Shown: one piece after another, positions 14,418-29,125 of the stretch
Numbering within the stretch: the stretch's first letter is position 1
Layout: each line of letters begins with the position of its first letter
Source of the DNA: Eledone cirrhosa
Lineage: Eukaryota
DNA length: 64,000 nucleotides
Direction: 5' to 3'
Assembly: GCA_964016885.1 (NCBI GenBank)
Contig: OZ024745.1
Span: 107,756,001 to 107,820,000 of the forward strand
The notes under the pieces: generated by a model
Database searches by the model: none
What the model was told of the DNA's origin: nothing
The model's input: only the letters and a program-made list of their open reading frames with translations
Position numbers and translations under genes: made by a program

Positions 14418-14510
14418 ACTCTTTTACTCTTTTACCTGTTTCAGTCATCCGGCTGAGGCCATGCTGGGGCACCGCCCTGTATATATATATGGGTATATAT
14501 ATATATATAT

Positions 14511-14736
<226 letters not shown>

Positions 14737-14912
14737 GTAGACAGCATATATATGTGTAGGTATGTATACTCCCTCTGATAGTTTGTAAAAACTTTACATA
14801 GATCTATAGGATATGCATACCAACACTAACATATATATCCTAGAAACGATCGTAAAATGATGAATTTTTTAATATAAGGAACTGTTTCTTTGTTTATTCA
14901 TTATTTTATTAA
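14737..14912 (+). mobile_element. Family E fragment, hammerhead truncated in core
   Basis: Homologous to 22190-22368; retains GAAACGATCGTA but lacks CTGA. Confidence 0.75.
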
Positions 14913-14913
14913 T

Positions 14914-15015
<102 letters not shown>

Positions 15016-15046
15016 AGATCAAAAGATGGTTAAAGGAGTTCAATAT

Positions 15047-15115
15047 ATTTTATTATGCGCATTTCAAAAACAAACATCATCAAACAATAATATTTGTGTT
15101 TTCATCAGATAAAAC
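15047..15115 (-). ncRNA. Type I hammerhead (family C, mirror copy)
   Basis: Reverse complement of 15181-15249. Confidence 0.8.
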
Positions 15116-15180
15116 AGGAGAACATGATATGAAGGCTAAAAAAACACTTGTTGATAGTGCAGTTTTAAATCAACATATAT

Positions 15181-15249
15181 GTTTTATCTGATGAAAACAC
15201 AAATATTATTGTTTGATGATGTTTGTTTTTGAAATGCGCATAATAAAAT
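15181..15249 (+). ncRNA. Type I hammerhead (family C), AUA site at 15242
   Basis: gttttat CTGATGA [long helix II caaatattatt/gatgatgtttg] GAA-ATGCGCAT-A ataaaat. Confidence 0.82.
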
Positions 15250-15371
15250 ATATTGAACTCCTTTAACCATCTTTTGATCTTATATTATGCATACTCCAGT
15301 CCCACAAACTGTAGAGTGCTTCTTATCCGATATCTGCATTGCTTTATTGTACTACAATAAAACTCACCTCC

Positions 15372-15413
<42 letters not shown>

Positions 15414-16694
15414 TATATACATATAAGAAAATTTACACAGAGAAACCATAACTAGACAGGAAGCAGTGATAGACATAGCAACATCGGCATACTTCCATCA
15501 AATTCTTATGCTGGAATTATAAGTGGCATATATATACATTTCTTGTGTTTAAGGGGTTATTTTTTCTCTTATAAAATGGATTTTATTTGATAGATTTGGC
15601 ACATGAAATTTTTCTCTCTATTATTTAGTTGAACAGTTCAAATATCCCTACGGATAAATATATCTTGGCAACTTCAGTCTGTTGACCCAGAAATTGTAAG
15701 GTTTTCAAAGATCCTCACTTAATGGTTTTTATTTTATTTTTATGTTTTTCTTTGGAAAGTGGCCATGATCAGTGGTCATGATCAGAGAACCACCAAGTTT
15801 TCTGCAGGGTTAAGAAAATGAAAATATTAATATAATAAATATAAGATGGAGACAGTCAGTGACGTGTAGGTAAGAGGCTACTTGACATATTTACGTGGTT
15901 CTGAGTTCGTTCCATACGAGCAGTACTATTCGAAGTTGTCTTCCGTTGAATTCGTTGTCAGAAATTCTACAAAAGCCAGTTAGATGAATCAAGTATTTCT
16001 CTTTGTTTCGAATATATGGATAAACCACCTTTACTCTCGGCGGACGTTGCCTTCTTTTCTCTTGCGTAATCAATAAAATACATACCAGATGTATTTGACT
16101 AGAATAATTGAATGTGGTGCTCGAGCACGACCGCTTTCTTTTACTTGAGACTACTCAATAGATGACAACACAAAGCAGTAATGTTACGCTCTATTACTGC
16201 TTCGTATTTCACGTAAGAGGCTTACTACATATGTAAATATAATGTTTCTAGGTGGTCATTCAAAAATAATGGAAAATATAATAAAATACAAAATAATGGA
16301 AAATATAATAAGATACAATAAATACAACGAAATATGTGTTGAGTAATATGTAAAATGTCATACTATTATTGGAAGTCGTCTTCTAGATCTATGCGTTGAA
16401 TTGGTTGTCGGAGATTTTAAGAAAACCCATCAGATGAATCGGGGATTCCTCCGTTTAGGTTATCTATACAAATATATGCAGTGTTCTGAAAGATGAGGTT
16501 AGGTCTCTGAAGTTAGAGATTTAACATATTGGGGAGAACCGCGAAAACATTTTATTGTGTATTTTCATTTGGATAATCGGGTTTAGTTTTAGGGTTTAGG
16601 ATTAGGGTTAGATTTAGGGTTAGTTTTAGCCCTTGGTCACGGTTAGGGTTTCCGTTTTCCGGATTATATCTTTCACCGTTTTGTAGGTTTGTCG

Positions 16695-16732
<38 letters not shown>

Positions 16733-16823
16733 CGAAGGAAATGTGGTAAGGAACCAGGTGGACCATAACGCATCAAAGTACTCAATACTTGGGGTAGTAG
16801 AGTGGGTAATAGGAACCAGTAAG

Positions 16824-16917
16824 ACCCGGACAGCTGAGCTCAAGCCGTTTCGACGGCTAATTCTGGACTAAATGAAAATTTATCCTGGTATTTAAATAGC
16901 CGATCTTCTCAAGGGGT
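16824..16917 (-). ncRNA. Type I hammerhead, U3-A8 variant core (family B); first helix I pair mismatched
   Basis: Reverse complement of 17051-17144 with one G>C change. Confidence 0.65.
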
Positions 16918-17050
16918 AATTCCATATATGGTCAAAGTGATTGTCAAAAATCAGTAGTAATACTGTGGTTGCAAATTAGTAGGGGAGATGGTGGCTAAAC
17001 CTGCCAGTAGGAGAAAGAGGGGAGGGGGTGGAGTAGACCCAATCGGAATT

Positions 17051-17144
17051 ACCCCTTGAGAAGATCGGCTATTTAAATACCAGGATAAATTTTCATTTAG
17101 TCCAGAATTAGCCGTCGAAACGGCTTGAGCTCAGCTGTCGGGGT
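17051..17144 (+). ncRNA. Type I hammerhead, U3-A8 variant core (family B), GUC at 17139
   Basis: acccc TTGAGAA ga(t)cggcta...tagccgtc GAA-ACGGCT-tgagctc-AGCTGT-C ggggt. Confidence 0.78.
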
Positions 17145-17234
17145 CTTACTGGTTCCTATATATATATATATATATATGTATATACATGTGTGTGTGTGTG
17201 TGTGTTTCTACTGTGTTTTATTGATCTATTGACC

Positions 17235-17272
<38 letters not shown>

Positions 17273-17454
17273 ATGTATATACATGTGTGTGTCTGTGTAT
17301 GTGTGTATTTATATTACTTTGTGTTCTTTTCCCTCTTTAGTTGGTTGGTTATCTATTTATTACTGTATTATTCCAAGCAAAATTGAAGTTTGACACCGCT
17401 AAAATCTTCCTACTCTTTTAAGTTATTATTATCCTTATTATTGTTATTATTTTT

Positions 17455-17985
17455 AGGGTGATGGATTGCCAGAATCAGTAGAGCGTCAGACAGCCTGCTT
17501 CGTGTCATGGAGTTTCGGCCCATTACATGCTGAGGTCAAATCTTGCCTCAAATCCTTAAGCGGTCGATAAATAAAGTACCAGTCACGCACTGGGGTTGAT
17601 TTAATCAACTTTCCCCTCCCCCAAATTACTGGCCTTGTGCCTATACTAGAAATCATCATTTATTATTATTTTGTTATTATTATTTATATTGTTTGCACGT
17701 TGTATATGTAAACCCCCACTGTCCCTGTCTTTTGTATTGTCCCCTATATGTCGGCCCTTGTGGCCAATAAATGAAACTATTATTATTATTAGTAGTAGTA
17801 GTGAATTGGCAGTATCGGTAGAGGGTTGGACGCCATGCTTTCTAGTATAGTTACGTCCCTTTACAGTCTGAGTTCAAATCCCGCCGAGGTTAACTTTGCC
17901 TTTCATCCTTACGGGGTCGATAAAATAAAGTAGCAGTAATGTACTGTGTAATTGCTGGCCTTGTGCCTAAAGTAGAAACAATTAT
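17455..17985 (+). mobile_element. Two SINE-1 copies (~17455-17655, ~17802-17985) flanking a Tx1-like 3' end (~17700-17778)
   Basis: SINE bodies; middle segment tttgtattgtccc...ccttgtggccaataaa resembles the Tx1 3' termini. Confidence 0.78.
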
Positions 17986-18679
17986 TATTATTATTAGTAG
18001 TAGTAGTAGTGGTAGTAGTAGTAGTAGTGGTGGTAGTATTTTTCGGGGAGGGGGGCAGATATTGTGGGTGGAGAAAAAGCAATTTCAGTATTTTTTTTTT
18101 CCTCTTGTTGTATCACTAAAAGTGAATTATATCAAGCTATAAAATTACGTGAAATGTAAAATTCTAGGCTTTCGATATCAAAAAAAAGAAAAGATTCAAA
18201 CATTTTAAATGAAATTCTTACAAGCAATGTAAAGCACTCTAATGATGAGACGCCAAGTGACGAGATCTAAAACGCACTTCTACGACTACACTAAAATTAA
18301 GCAGCAACAATAAAACAGATAGGGTTAAGTGACAAACAAGAAAGCAGAATTTCTAAATTGCTCCAACACATATTTTTCGTCCATTTTTTTTTTCTGCTTT
18401 TGTGTATGTTTACTAATTATGTTATAAAAAAAATGATTCGTTCAAAATAAACTTGTTTGTTTTATACAGTACGAGAGAAAAAAAAATAGAATTAAAATTT
18501 ATATTATGGAAATTACAAAATAAATATTGAAAAAATATTAAAAATAAATCACGAGAGAAAAGAAAATGTCATAAAGCGTAAATCATACACAATATGTGTA
18601 AGGTTTCAATTTTGATATATATCAGCCTTGCCTATTTACATCGATTTATGAAATATACATAATATACATAAATTGATTT

Positions 18680-19190
18680 TTATGTTGTTCTTCTGGTTAG
18701 TTTTATTCTTCTTGAGGATGGTGGTGCTGCTGGTAGTGGTGGTGGGGGTGTTGCTGTTGCTACTTGTCGTGGTGGTGGTGACATGGTTATAGTTTTCTTC
18801 TGATTGTTTTTCTTCTTGTTTTAAGCTAATACAAATACATTTTTTTAAATTCTTATTACTTTCATTTTGGGTGGTGATGTTGCTACTGGTTGTGGTGCTG
18901 CTGCTGCTGCTGTTGCTAGTGGTGGTGGTGGTGGCGCTGTTGCTACTGGGGGTGGTGGCTGTGCTTATAGTTTTGTTCTGATTGTTTTCCTTGTTGTTTT
19001 AAGCTAATGCAAAGACTTTTTTAATTCTTATTACTTTCATTTTTGGTGGTGCTGTTGCTACTGGTTGTGGTGGTGGCGGTGGTGGTGATGGTGGTGGTGG
19101 CAGCGGTTATGATTTTGTTCTGATTGTTTTCCTTGTTGTTTTAAGCAAATGCAAAGACTTTTTTTAAATTCTTCCTACATTTCATTTTTC
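18680..19190. repeat. About three diverged tandem copies of a GGT-rich/T-rich unit
   Basis: Repeated ttctgattgtttt..ttgttttaagc.aat.caaa.ac.tttttt.aattctt..tac.ttcatttt. Confidence 0.75.
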
Positions 19191-19453
19191 ATCAATTTCC
19201 TATGGTGAATGAAATTTCAATAGTTGGTTACAAACGAAGGAACATAATATAGCAGGAAATATTGTTGTTGTTGTTGTTGTTGTTTCTAGAAAGAACTAAC
19301 AAATAAACAAACTAAAAATATCAGTTGATTTAGAAGTAGTGTTATGAAAAAAGGAAAACTAAACAGCACACAGTTCATATATAAAGACACAGGACATATA
19401 AATCTCAGTGAAGTACAAAACATAAAAATAGTTATATCCATGTAGTAAATATA

Positions 19454-19507
<54 letters not shown>

Positions 19508-19680
19508 TCTGCCTCACACATGCACACAATTACGGATACATTTACATATAAATATATTTATGTATATACATATATGTATATATATTTAACTCACTCAATA
19601 TGCAAATTAGGCTGCTCAACCGTTAATTTTCATAAGGAAAGTATATACTTTCGAACGTTCAACTATCTGGCAGATGGGTA

Positions 19681-19725
19681 AACGGTGCTGATGATAGCTA
19701 ACAAGCTTGAAACTAGTACATCGTT
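19681..19725 (+). ncRNA. Minimal type I hammerhead (family D), GUA at 19718
   Basis: aacggtg CTGATGA t-agct-aaca-agct-t GAA-ACTAGT-A catcgtt. Confidence 0.85.
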
Positions 19726-20152
19726 CCTGTGTCAGTGTTGAACAAAAAGGTGACGTGGTTGCCTTAACACCGTATGGCATAAATTCAGGCTGTTCAGTTT
19801 GTTTACAAACGAACAAAGCGACTTTATAATAAACGCCGCTAAACTGATACGTGCATATATGTATGTGTACCTGTATGCATATGTATATATATATGTATAT
19901 ATATATATATGTGTGCATGCTACTGCACGTCTGTATACATATATGTATGTACGTATACATGCATACTTACATTTAAGTAAGTGCCATACTAAGAGTGAGA
20001 AATGAAATTTCGTTTTCATTTTGTTTCAATTTATCGTTTTCGGTATGCCTGACCGATTTAACTCACTCAATATGCAAATTAGGCTGCTCAGCCGTTAATT
20101 TTCATAAGGAAAGTATATACTTTCGAACGTTCAACTATCTGGCAGATGGGTA

Positions 20153-20197
20153 AACGGTGCTGATGATAGCTAACAAGCTTGAAACTAGTACATCGTT
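20153..20197 (+). ncRNA. Minimal type I hammerhead (family D), second copy
   Basis: Identical to 19681-19725. Confidence 0.85.
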
Positions 20198-20500
20198 CCT
20201 GTGTCAGTGTTGAACAAAAAGGTGACGTGGTTGCCTTAACACCGTATGGCATAAATTCAGGCTGTTCAGTTTGTTTACAAACGAACAAAGCGACGTTATA
20301 ATAAGCGCCGCTAAACTGATACGTGCATATATGTATGTGTACCTGTATGCATATGTATATATATATGTATATATATATATATATATGTGCATGCTACTGC
20401 ACGTCTGTATACATATATGTATGTACGTATACATGCATACTTACATTTAAGTAAGTGCCATACTAAGAGTGAGAAATGAAATTTCGTTTTCATTTTGTTT

Positions 20501-20921
<421 letters not shown>

Positions 20922-21191
20922 TATATATATATATATATATAAAGAGAGAGAGAGAGATAGAGAGAGAGAGAGAAGGGGGGTGAGAAATAGATAGCTAGAT
21001 AGGTAGGTAGATAGATAAGTAGATATATTGATTTATATTCTAGCAATGAGTATATGTGATGATTATAATCAGGTATAAATTAGCGAGAACTTAATTGAAA
21101 TGCGATCTGCAACGCTGTTATATTTTTTGAAGTAAATGAACTCAGGAAAATCAGTGACGCAGTTGTAGAACCTTGATACATCTAGAAAGAG

Positions 21192-21252
<61 letters not shown>

Positions 21253-21352
21253 CCATACATGTAATGTACTAATATAATGGATTTTTAACACTTGGTGTAG
21301 CTGTAGAAGCGACATATGACATATTCATATCTGAAAACAACTGATTTCTTTC

Positions 21353-21436
<84 letters not shown>

Positions 21437-21682
21437 TAGAGAGAAAACATGTGGATGTGTGTTGCATGCAAGAGATGAGATGGAGAGGTGCCTCAGCAAG
21501 ACTAATCGCAGGCAAACAGCTTAGCTATAACTTTTTCTGGGTAGGAAACAAAGGATTAGCATTTTACCGGCCGAGAAGTGGATTAACAAGACAATAGAGG
21601 TAGTCAGGGTAAGTAATAGAATCATTAACATTAGATTAGTTGTAGGCAATAGACTGCTGACAAAAAACAACTGATTTCTTTC

Positions 21683-21744
<62 letters not shown>

Positions 21745-21756
21745 TATCTCAATATT

Positions 21757-21898
21757 GATCTGGTACTTTATATTATCGATCTCCAAAATATGAAAGGCAA
21801 ACATAACCTCGGCGCGTGATTCGAACTCAGAGCGTAGACAGCCTGAACGAATACGTCTAAGCATCTCATCCGACGACCTAACAACTCTGCCAATTCAC
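21757..21898 (-). mobile_element. Diverged SINE-1
   Basis: tgaaaggcaaacataacctcggcgcgtgattcgaactcag. Confidence 0.72.
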
Positions 21899-22112
21899 TG
21901 TCATATGTGCATACATGTACACATTTATTTCTGTTTGGGAGGGGGTTTTTGCACTGAGGGACAGAAATAGCAATTAGGAAATAAGTTAAATGATGCAACG
22001 GGATGTGAAGAAATGGTTTGATGCATTATGTTGAGCGTATATTGAAAATGTAAAGCAGATAAATCTGAGAAAAGAAAAATGTTATTTTGATAGATAGAAA
22101 GACTGACAGATA

Positions 22113-22178
<66 letters not shown>

Positions 22179-22180
22179 GA

Positions 22181-22310
22181 TATTTCTGAAGACAGCATAT
22201 ATATGTGTAGGTATGTATATTCCCTCTGATAGTTTGTAAAAATTTTACATAGATCTATATAATATACATACCAACACACACATATATATCCTTGAAACGA
22301 TCGTAAAATG
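22181..22310 (+). ncRNA. Type I hammerhead with ~100-nt helix II domain (family E), GUA at 22305
   Basis: tattt CTGAAGA cagc atatatatgtgt.ggtatgtatatt ... aatatacatacc...acacatatatat cctt GAA-ACGATCGT-A aaatg. Confidence 0.72.
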
Positions 22311-22366
22311 ATGAATTTTTTAATATAAGGAACTGTTTCTTTGTTTTTATTCATTATTTTTATTAA

Positions 22367-22475
<109 letters not shown>

Positions 22476-23082
22476 CAATCTGCTCTGATTGAACAGATAT
22501 AAAACTAACTAGACATTTAAACCTCCTGGCAGAGCCTATCCTTCTCCAAGCCTGAAAACAACTGACATTTTCCAGGGAAGGAGAATGTGAGGGTGTGAGA
22601 GGGGACGTAAGAAATAGAGACTTCAGTACTGGACTGGTATTTTATTCATCTACATCCCAAGGAAGAAAAGCAAGGTTTGAACTAAGGCCTAAGAAGGCCA
22701 GAATTAATACCGTAAAGCATACCACCCGATGGTCTAACGAATCTGCCAATTCGCTATTTACTGAACAGGCGTATTATATGTTTCAACAATTGACAATTTT
22801 GTCTTTTGTTCTGATATAGTGTATCTAGCCCTACCTTATCCAATGCATGTGCGGATCGTCCTGCAACAACCTATCTGAGTATGCTATGTGCCTACATGGG
22901 AGGAAATTTAACGGATCTTTGAGTGATAATGCTAGATCAAGACGAATGGGAAGCCCACTGTTCAATGGATCGAGAAAACTCGCCTCACCTCGTAAGTGAG
23001 TGAGTTATGTTTCAAGAGGTTTGGCTATTGGTTCTAGTAGGTCTTGCAATCGCATTAATACTTTTTAATTGGTTCAATGAAA

Positions 23083-23267
23083 TAATTGTTTCTACTTTAG
23101 GCACAAGGCGAGCAATTATACCAGTGTATTACTGGTACTTTATTTTATCGACCCCGTAAGGATGAAAGGCAAAGTTAACCTCGGCGGGATTTGAACTCAG
23201 ACCACAAAGGGCCGTAACTCAATGCTGTAAAGCATGGCGTCTGACCCTCTACCGATGCTGCCAATCC
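23083..23267 (-). mobile_element. SINE-1
   Basis: Near-consensus copy. Confidence 0.88.
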
Positions 23268-25364
23268 TGAATGAAATAATGCTGTTGTTATCCCTGAACA
23301 TACAGATGTATGATCAAAGTCGCTTCAGATGTAGCTACGGCACTTTTCTTCAAAACTATACTATCCAATGCGAACTTCTTTTAGAACGGTGGTTTGGGTT
23401 TCAGAATGATGTTACTGTTGTTTTTAGCAGTCGAGTATTTACATAGAGTCTCCCTGGTGGTTTTCTTTAATAGTGTAATTCTTGTTGTTGTTTTAATATA
23501 ATTTACTAAACCTAAGATCAATGATACCCGATCCCTTTATTCAAATATAATACATCTATTACATTATTGAATGCGATCTTCTCTTTTAACTCATTATGGA
23601 GTAGAATGTGTCTACTGTCTAGTACATCTAGTGACCACCTAAAATCTATAGCATTGACTAATAAGCCATGTGGTTTCTTTACGATGTATTTTAGTGATAC
23701 AAGTTGAAAAGCCTTTTGGTCTTATTAATCAACCCGCCTGGTTGTGGAAAACCTCCGTAATGTACTAGCTTATCAAGACCCGTAACTCGCAATGACATTA
23801 CACTGAAAAAAAAACATGATGACAGCAACAACAATAACAATAATAAGTCCACAAATGTTATGACATTTTCAGTTGAGATGAAAGGATTTATTACGACACT
23901 CATGTCTATCATATTAATAGAATTAGAGACGAAAGTAAGAGGAAATAGATTCAATTAGAAATCGAAACTTGCTCCGTGGTTTAGCAATGTCGGTGATTCC
24001 TATATACAATACTCGCCATACTGCATTATTCATATCAATGATATGGTTTCTATCTAGCGATATTTAAAGCAACACGTTATCCCTTCAATTTGAGTGGCAA
24101 CACGTATTTTTACTTCGTATATTCATTTCCGTTTGTTTTTCTTACTTATTTATTTTTTCTTTTTGTCATTGTTGTTTGTTGTTTGTTTACTTGTTTTCCA
24201 TTGTTTGTGGTTATTCATATTTATTCATCAAAGCCAATTTTCATTACATTAGATGTGTGTTTATCAATAACTGCCTGAAATATTGTTCTGATAAACTACT
24301 GACGAAAGCCCCCTGATGTATTCGAAGCTACTTTTGCACATAGACTGTTATACATAACAATAGGCAACAACCGCCTTTACTATGTATGATATGCAGAAAA
24401 AAGATTGAGAATGTGTGAGGGAGTGGAAGTGTGGTGAATAGAAAGGGTGGAGAATGGAGGTGTAAATGATGTAGATGTGTGTTGGGATACGTTGGGTATG
24501 GACACTCAACTGAAATGCAAATTATGCTGAATATTCTGTGCTATCGGAATTGAAACAACGCGCTCGTTATAGATTCAGATTGACAGTATAATCGCTTAAA
24601 TATATTCCAAATAGTTAATTATCTTTTATCATCAAAGGGGAAAAGCGAATCAAGAAGGTCCCTATACAATAAGATAGATTCATACGGCATTCTGTGATAG
24701 AAAGATAGATACATAGACAGACGAATGGACGAACGGACGAACGGACAAACAGACTAAACAAACGAACAAAGAACAGGGTATGTAAACTGATAGAGAGAGA
24801 AAATGTCGATAGATGGCGTTGTTCCAAAAAGCTGGATAGAAGCCAAAACTTTCTGAATTTTACCAGTGAGATAGGAGTTATTGTTCCCTCATAACCAATC
24901 ATTATAAAAATATGCTGTAAACGTCTCACTGAAGCTCGTAGGTCATATGATTCACATTTGTTGTTGGTTTGATTTATAGGTTCAAAATGGAAGCCAGGAT
25001 GAACACAAGTTCTCTTTTTTCTTGTTGTTGTTGTTATTTTCAACCATTTTCTTTATTATTATTTTTTAAATTCGTGTTCATAAAGGTGATTATGGGTGTT
25101 GAACTTGTATTGAAAGGAAACCCGGAGCTTCAGTCTTTACGAGAACACCCGGCATTACAAGGGAAATAAAGCAGTAGTCAATTTGTTGAATTTGTATCAT
25201 GGCATTTTTGTAGGAATATATTTCTGACTTATTGTTTATATTATTTCCTACAGGGATAACAAAATGAACTGTACTTTTTTTAATGTTTACTTACTTTTAA
25301 ATGACCTATCATAAAGGAAATAACATATGTACACTCACAGACACACACACATACACACACGTAT

Positions 25365-25394
<30 letters not shown>

Positions 25395-25395
<1 letters not shown>

Positions 25396-25578
25396 AGCTT
25401 TCGCTGTATTTTTGACTAAAGAAATTTTAGCCTGATAGTGAAGTTTAGAACCCTCAAAGAAATGGAAAAAAGTTGAGTATTGACGTACCCAATGAACTCA
25501 TCGTTTTCCAGTTCTTTGAGGGTTCTAAACCCCACTATCACGCAAAACTTTCTTTAGTCAAAAATACGGCGAAAGCTT
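25395..25578. repeat. Imperfect ~84-bp-arm inverted repeat in a (TA)n-flanked insert, ending in GAAAGCTT
   Basis: aagctttcgctgtatttttgactaaagaaa... versus ...tttctttagtcaaaaatacggcgaaagctt. Confidence 0.8.
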
Positions 25579-25628
25579 CTATTTCTAATTTCAAACACGC
25601 TCGCTGTTTCAAAACATTCTTGCCTCTC

Positions 25629-25663
<35 letters not shown>

Positions 25664-25728
25664 GTATGTGTGTATATATATATATATATATAAATATATA
25701 TATATTTATATATACTTATATATATATA

Positions 25729-25868
<140 letters not shown>

Positions 25869-25873
25869 AATAA

Positions 25874-25968
<95 letters not shown>

Positions 25969-26380
25969 CCTTTTAAAGGTGAGAAGGAGTTGATAAAATG
26001 TATATTAACGAAGTGCTGGAGTCGGTCAAATTGTCAAATTGACTAAAAAACCTCCCTCAAAATGTGCAGTCTTTATTTGAAAGTTTCAAAAATCGATAAC
26101 AGCACACTGTTTATGTGGGTTTGCATGAGCATGTGTATGCACATGAATGTTTAATAAACTACCCTTCGTTCATTTGTAAGTTAACTGTATTTTGTAGTTC
26201 GTTTTGTTGTTGCTTAACCCAGTGTATCCGCTGTCGGTGGCCATGTTTAAGACCAAAACAAAAAGAAAACAGAAAGAATTTTCTAACTCCAGTTAGATGC
26301 AAGACACACAACAACGGGAACGCAAACCCTCCATCTCAATTTCCCTATGATATATGTAATATATGTGTGTATATACATAG

Positions 26381-26635
26381 GTGGAGGCACGTGGCCTAGT
26401 GGTAAGGGTGTTGAATTTACGATCATAATGTCGTGGGTTCGGCTCCTGTGTTGCTTGTTGTGTTCTTGAGCAAAAAACTTCAGTATACTCAGCTAAAAAT
26501 GAATACCAGAAATAGCTGGGGGTTTAACTCTGCGATGGACTGGCGTCGTATCCAGGGGGTGTCTTATAGTCTCAGTCGCTTCACGCCATGAAACCGGGAT
26601 AAGCACCGGCCAAATGAGCCTTCTGGCTTAAGACA
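26381..26635 (+). mobile_element. Second tRNA-derived SINE family (SINE-2); related fragment at ~10285-10362
   Basis: A box TGGCCTAGTGG, B box GGTTCGGCTCC, ttgtgttcttgagcaa, gcgatggactggcgtc..atccagggg. Confidence 0.8.
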
Positions 26636-26664
26636 GATTTTAGACTTTTTTGGTATAATATATA

Positions 26665-27318
<654 letters not shown>

Positions 27319-27979
27319 GGCCGAAAGAGAAAGAAGTTATTTCATATTTCGTAAAAGAATATTCAAGTCTAGAATCGTATTGAAAATATAAGTTTAATAC
27401 TATTATAACATACTTCCACATTTATTTTGCTGGAAATCGAGGTGGTCTTGCTAGTAAGGAAATAGTTACATCTCTGACAGGGGTTGTTTTCAGTATGTAG
27501 TTAACAACTATACATTTTTTTTTGTATTTTTTATTGTTGTTGTTTTTGTTTCTGTTGTTTTTATACATAACGAGCTCCTAATTTGAAAAACATAAAGCAA
27601 AGTCTATGTATTATTTTGTATATATTCATAAGACAAAACAGAGAAGACACTTTTTACTTTAAATGAATTGGTTTTCGACACCTCGCTCATATGTTTTCTT
27701 CTATTTTTCTATTTCCTTTTTTTTTATATATAGTTTTTACATGAAAGACCTTCATTCTTCAACTAGTAAATCAAGAGACTTTTTTTTATTTAGACTTCAA
27801 ACTTGTGGCACTACATTTGTGAAACTGCCAACAATAGGCGTCGAAACGTAAACAGCTGTAAGTAATCTACTCAAATTTCTGAAACTGTGAACTGAATAAA
27901 CAACAAAGATAAGGAAGAAAAGGAAGAAAATATATATATTTCTTTCTGGCATAGTCTTTATATATATATATATATATAT

Positions 27980-28030
<51 letters not shown>

Positions 28031-28035
28031 AATGC

Positions 28036-28077
<42 letters not shown>

Positions 28078-28080
28078 GCG

Positions 28081-28114
<34 letters not shown>

Positions 28115-28236
28115 CATATATATATATATACATATATATGTATATATATAAATATACATATATATATATATACATACATAAACATGTATATATATATATA
28201 TATAACTACAAATATATGTACACTCACACATACACG

Positions 28237-28281
<45 letters not shown>

Positions 28282-28631
28282 TGTGTGTGTGTGTGTGTGC
28301 ATATATACAGTTGTATAAATATATGTTTGTTGCTTTCATTTGATTTTCGTCAAGGGGGGAGAAGTTGAGATTTTCTTTAGCGAAGTGGTCAGGCAATGGG
28401 TGATGAGAGTAGTATAGTTGTGACCTAAGTTAGCTGTTATTTTAATACATTACTTCTGCAAAATACATTTCAATTGCGACTAAAAACATACGTCACAAAT
28501 ATCTTTAGATTTTATCTTTATTTAGTTTTCTTCGTTTAATGTTTTGATTTCTGTTTTTCTTTCCCCTCTATAATCTAAATTTAAGAAAAAGAAAATAGAC
28601 GTTGGAACCGTTAGATATACTAGACCCCATA

Positions 28632-29125
28632 ATAATTATTTTTACTTTTGGCACAAGGAAAGGAATTATCCCAGTGCATTACTGGTACTTTATTTCATCG
28701 ACCCCGTAAGGATGAAAGGCAAAGTTAACCGCGGCAAGATTTGAACTCAGACCATAAAGGCTCGTAACTCTTTGCTGCAAAGCGTGGCGTCCGACTCTCT
28801 ACCGATACTGCCAATCCACCTAATAATTGTTTCTGCTATTGGCACAAGGCCAGCAATTATCCCAGTGTATTACTGGTACTTTATTTTATCCACCCCGTAA
28901 GGATGAAAGGCAAAGTCAACCTCGGCGGGATTTGAACTCAGAATGGCAAGGGCCGTAATTCTATGCGTCAAAGCATGGCGTCCGACCCTCTACCGATACT
29001 GCCAATCCACTAATAATTGTTTCTACTTTTTGCACAAGGCCAGCAATTACTCAGTACATTACTGGTACTTTATTTTATCGACCCCGTAAGGATGAAAGGC
29101 AAAGTTAACCTCGGCGGGATTTGAA
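28632..29125 (-). mobile_element. Three tandem SINE-1 copies
   Basis: Repeated body motif joined by taataatt. Confidence 0.88.

Larger units (their letters stand above)
16731..17159 (-). mobile_element. Family B fold-back element in (TA)n
   Basis: 115-bp arms 16809-16923 and 17045-17159; tail 16731-16808. Confidence 0.88.

Noticed and set aside
15637-15695. Possible exon (AG...GTAAGG; QISLRINISWQLQSVDPEI)
   Set aside because: Splice-like signals alone; no recognisable protein. Needs RNA-seq.
19600-19607. Octamer ATGCAAAT in all family D copies
   Set aside because: Short motif shared by descent; no evidence of promoter function.
21334-21686. Repeated 23-mer aaaacaactgatttctttcattg before (GA)n
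   Set aside because: Only two short copies; cannot distinguish an element terminus from a local duplication.
25085-25169. Possible terminal exon VIMGVELVLKGNPELQSLREHPALQGK*
   Set aside because: Plausible composition but unrecognised, with a weak acceptor.
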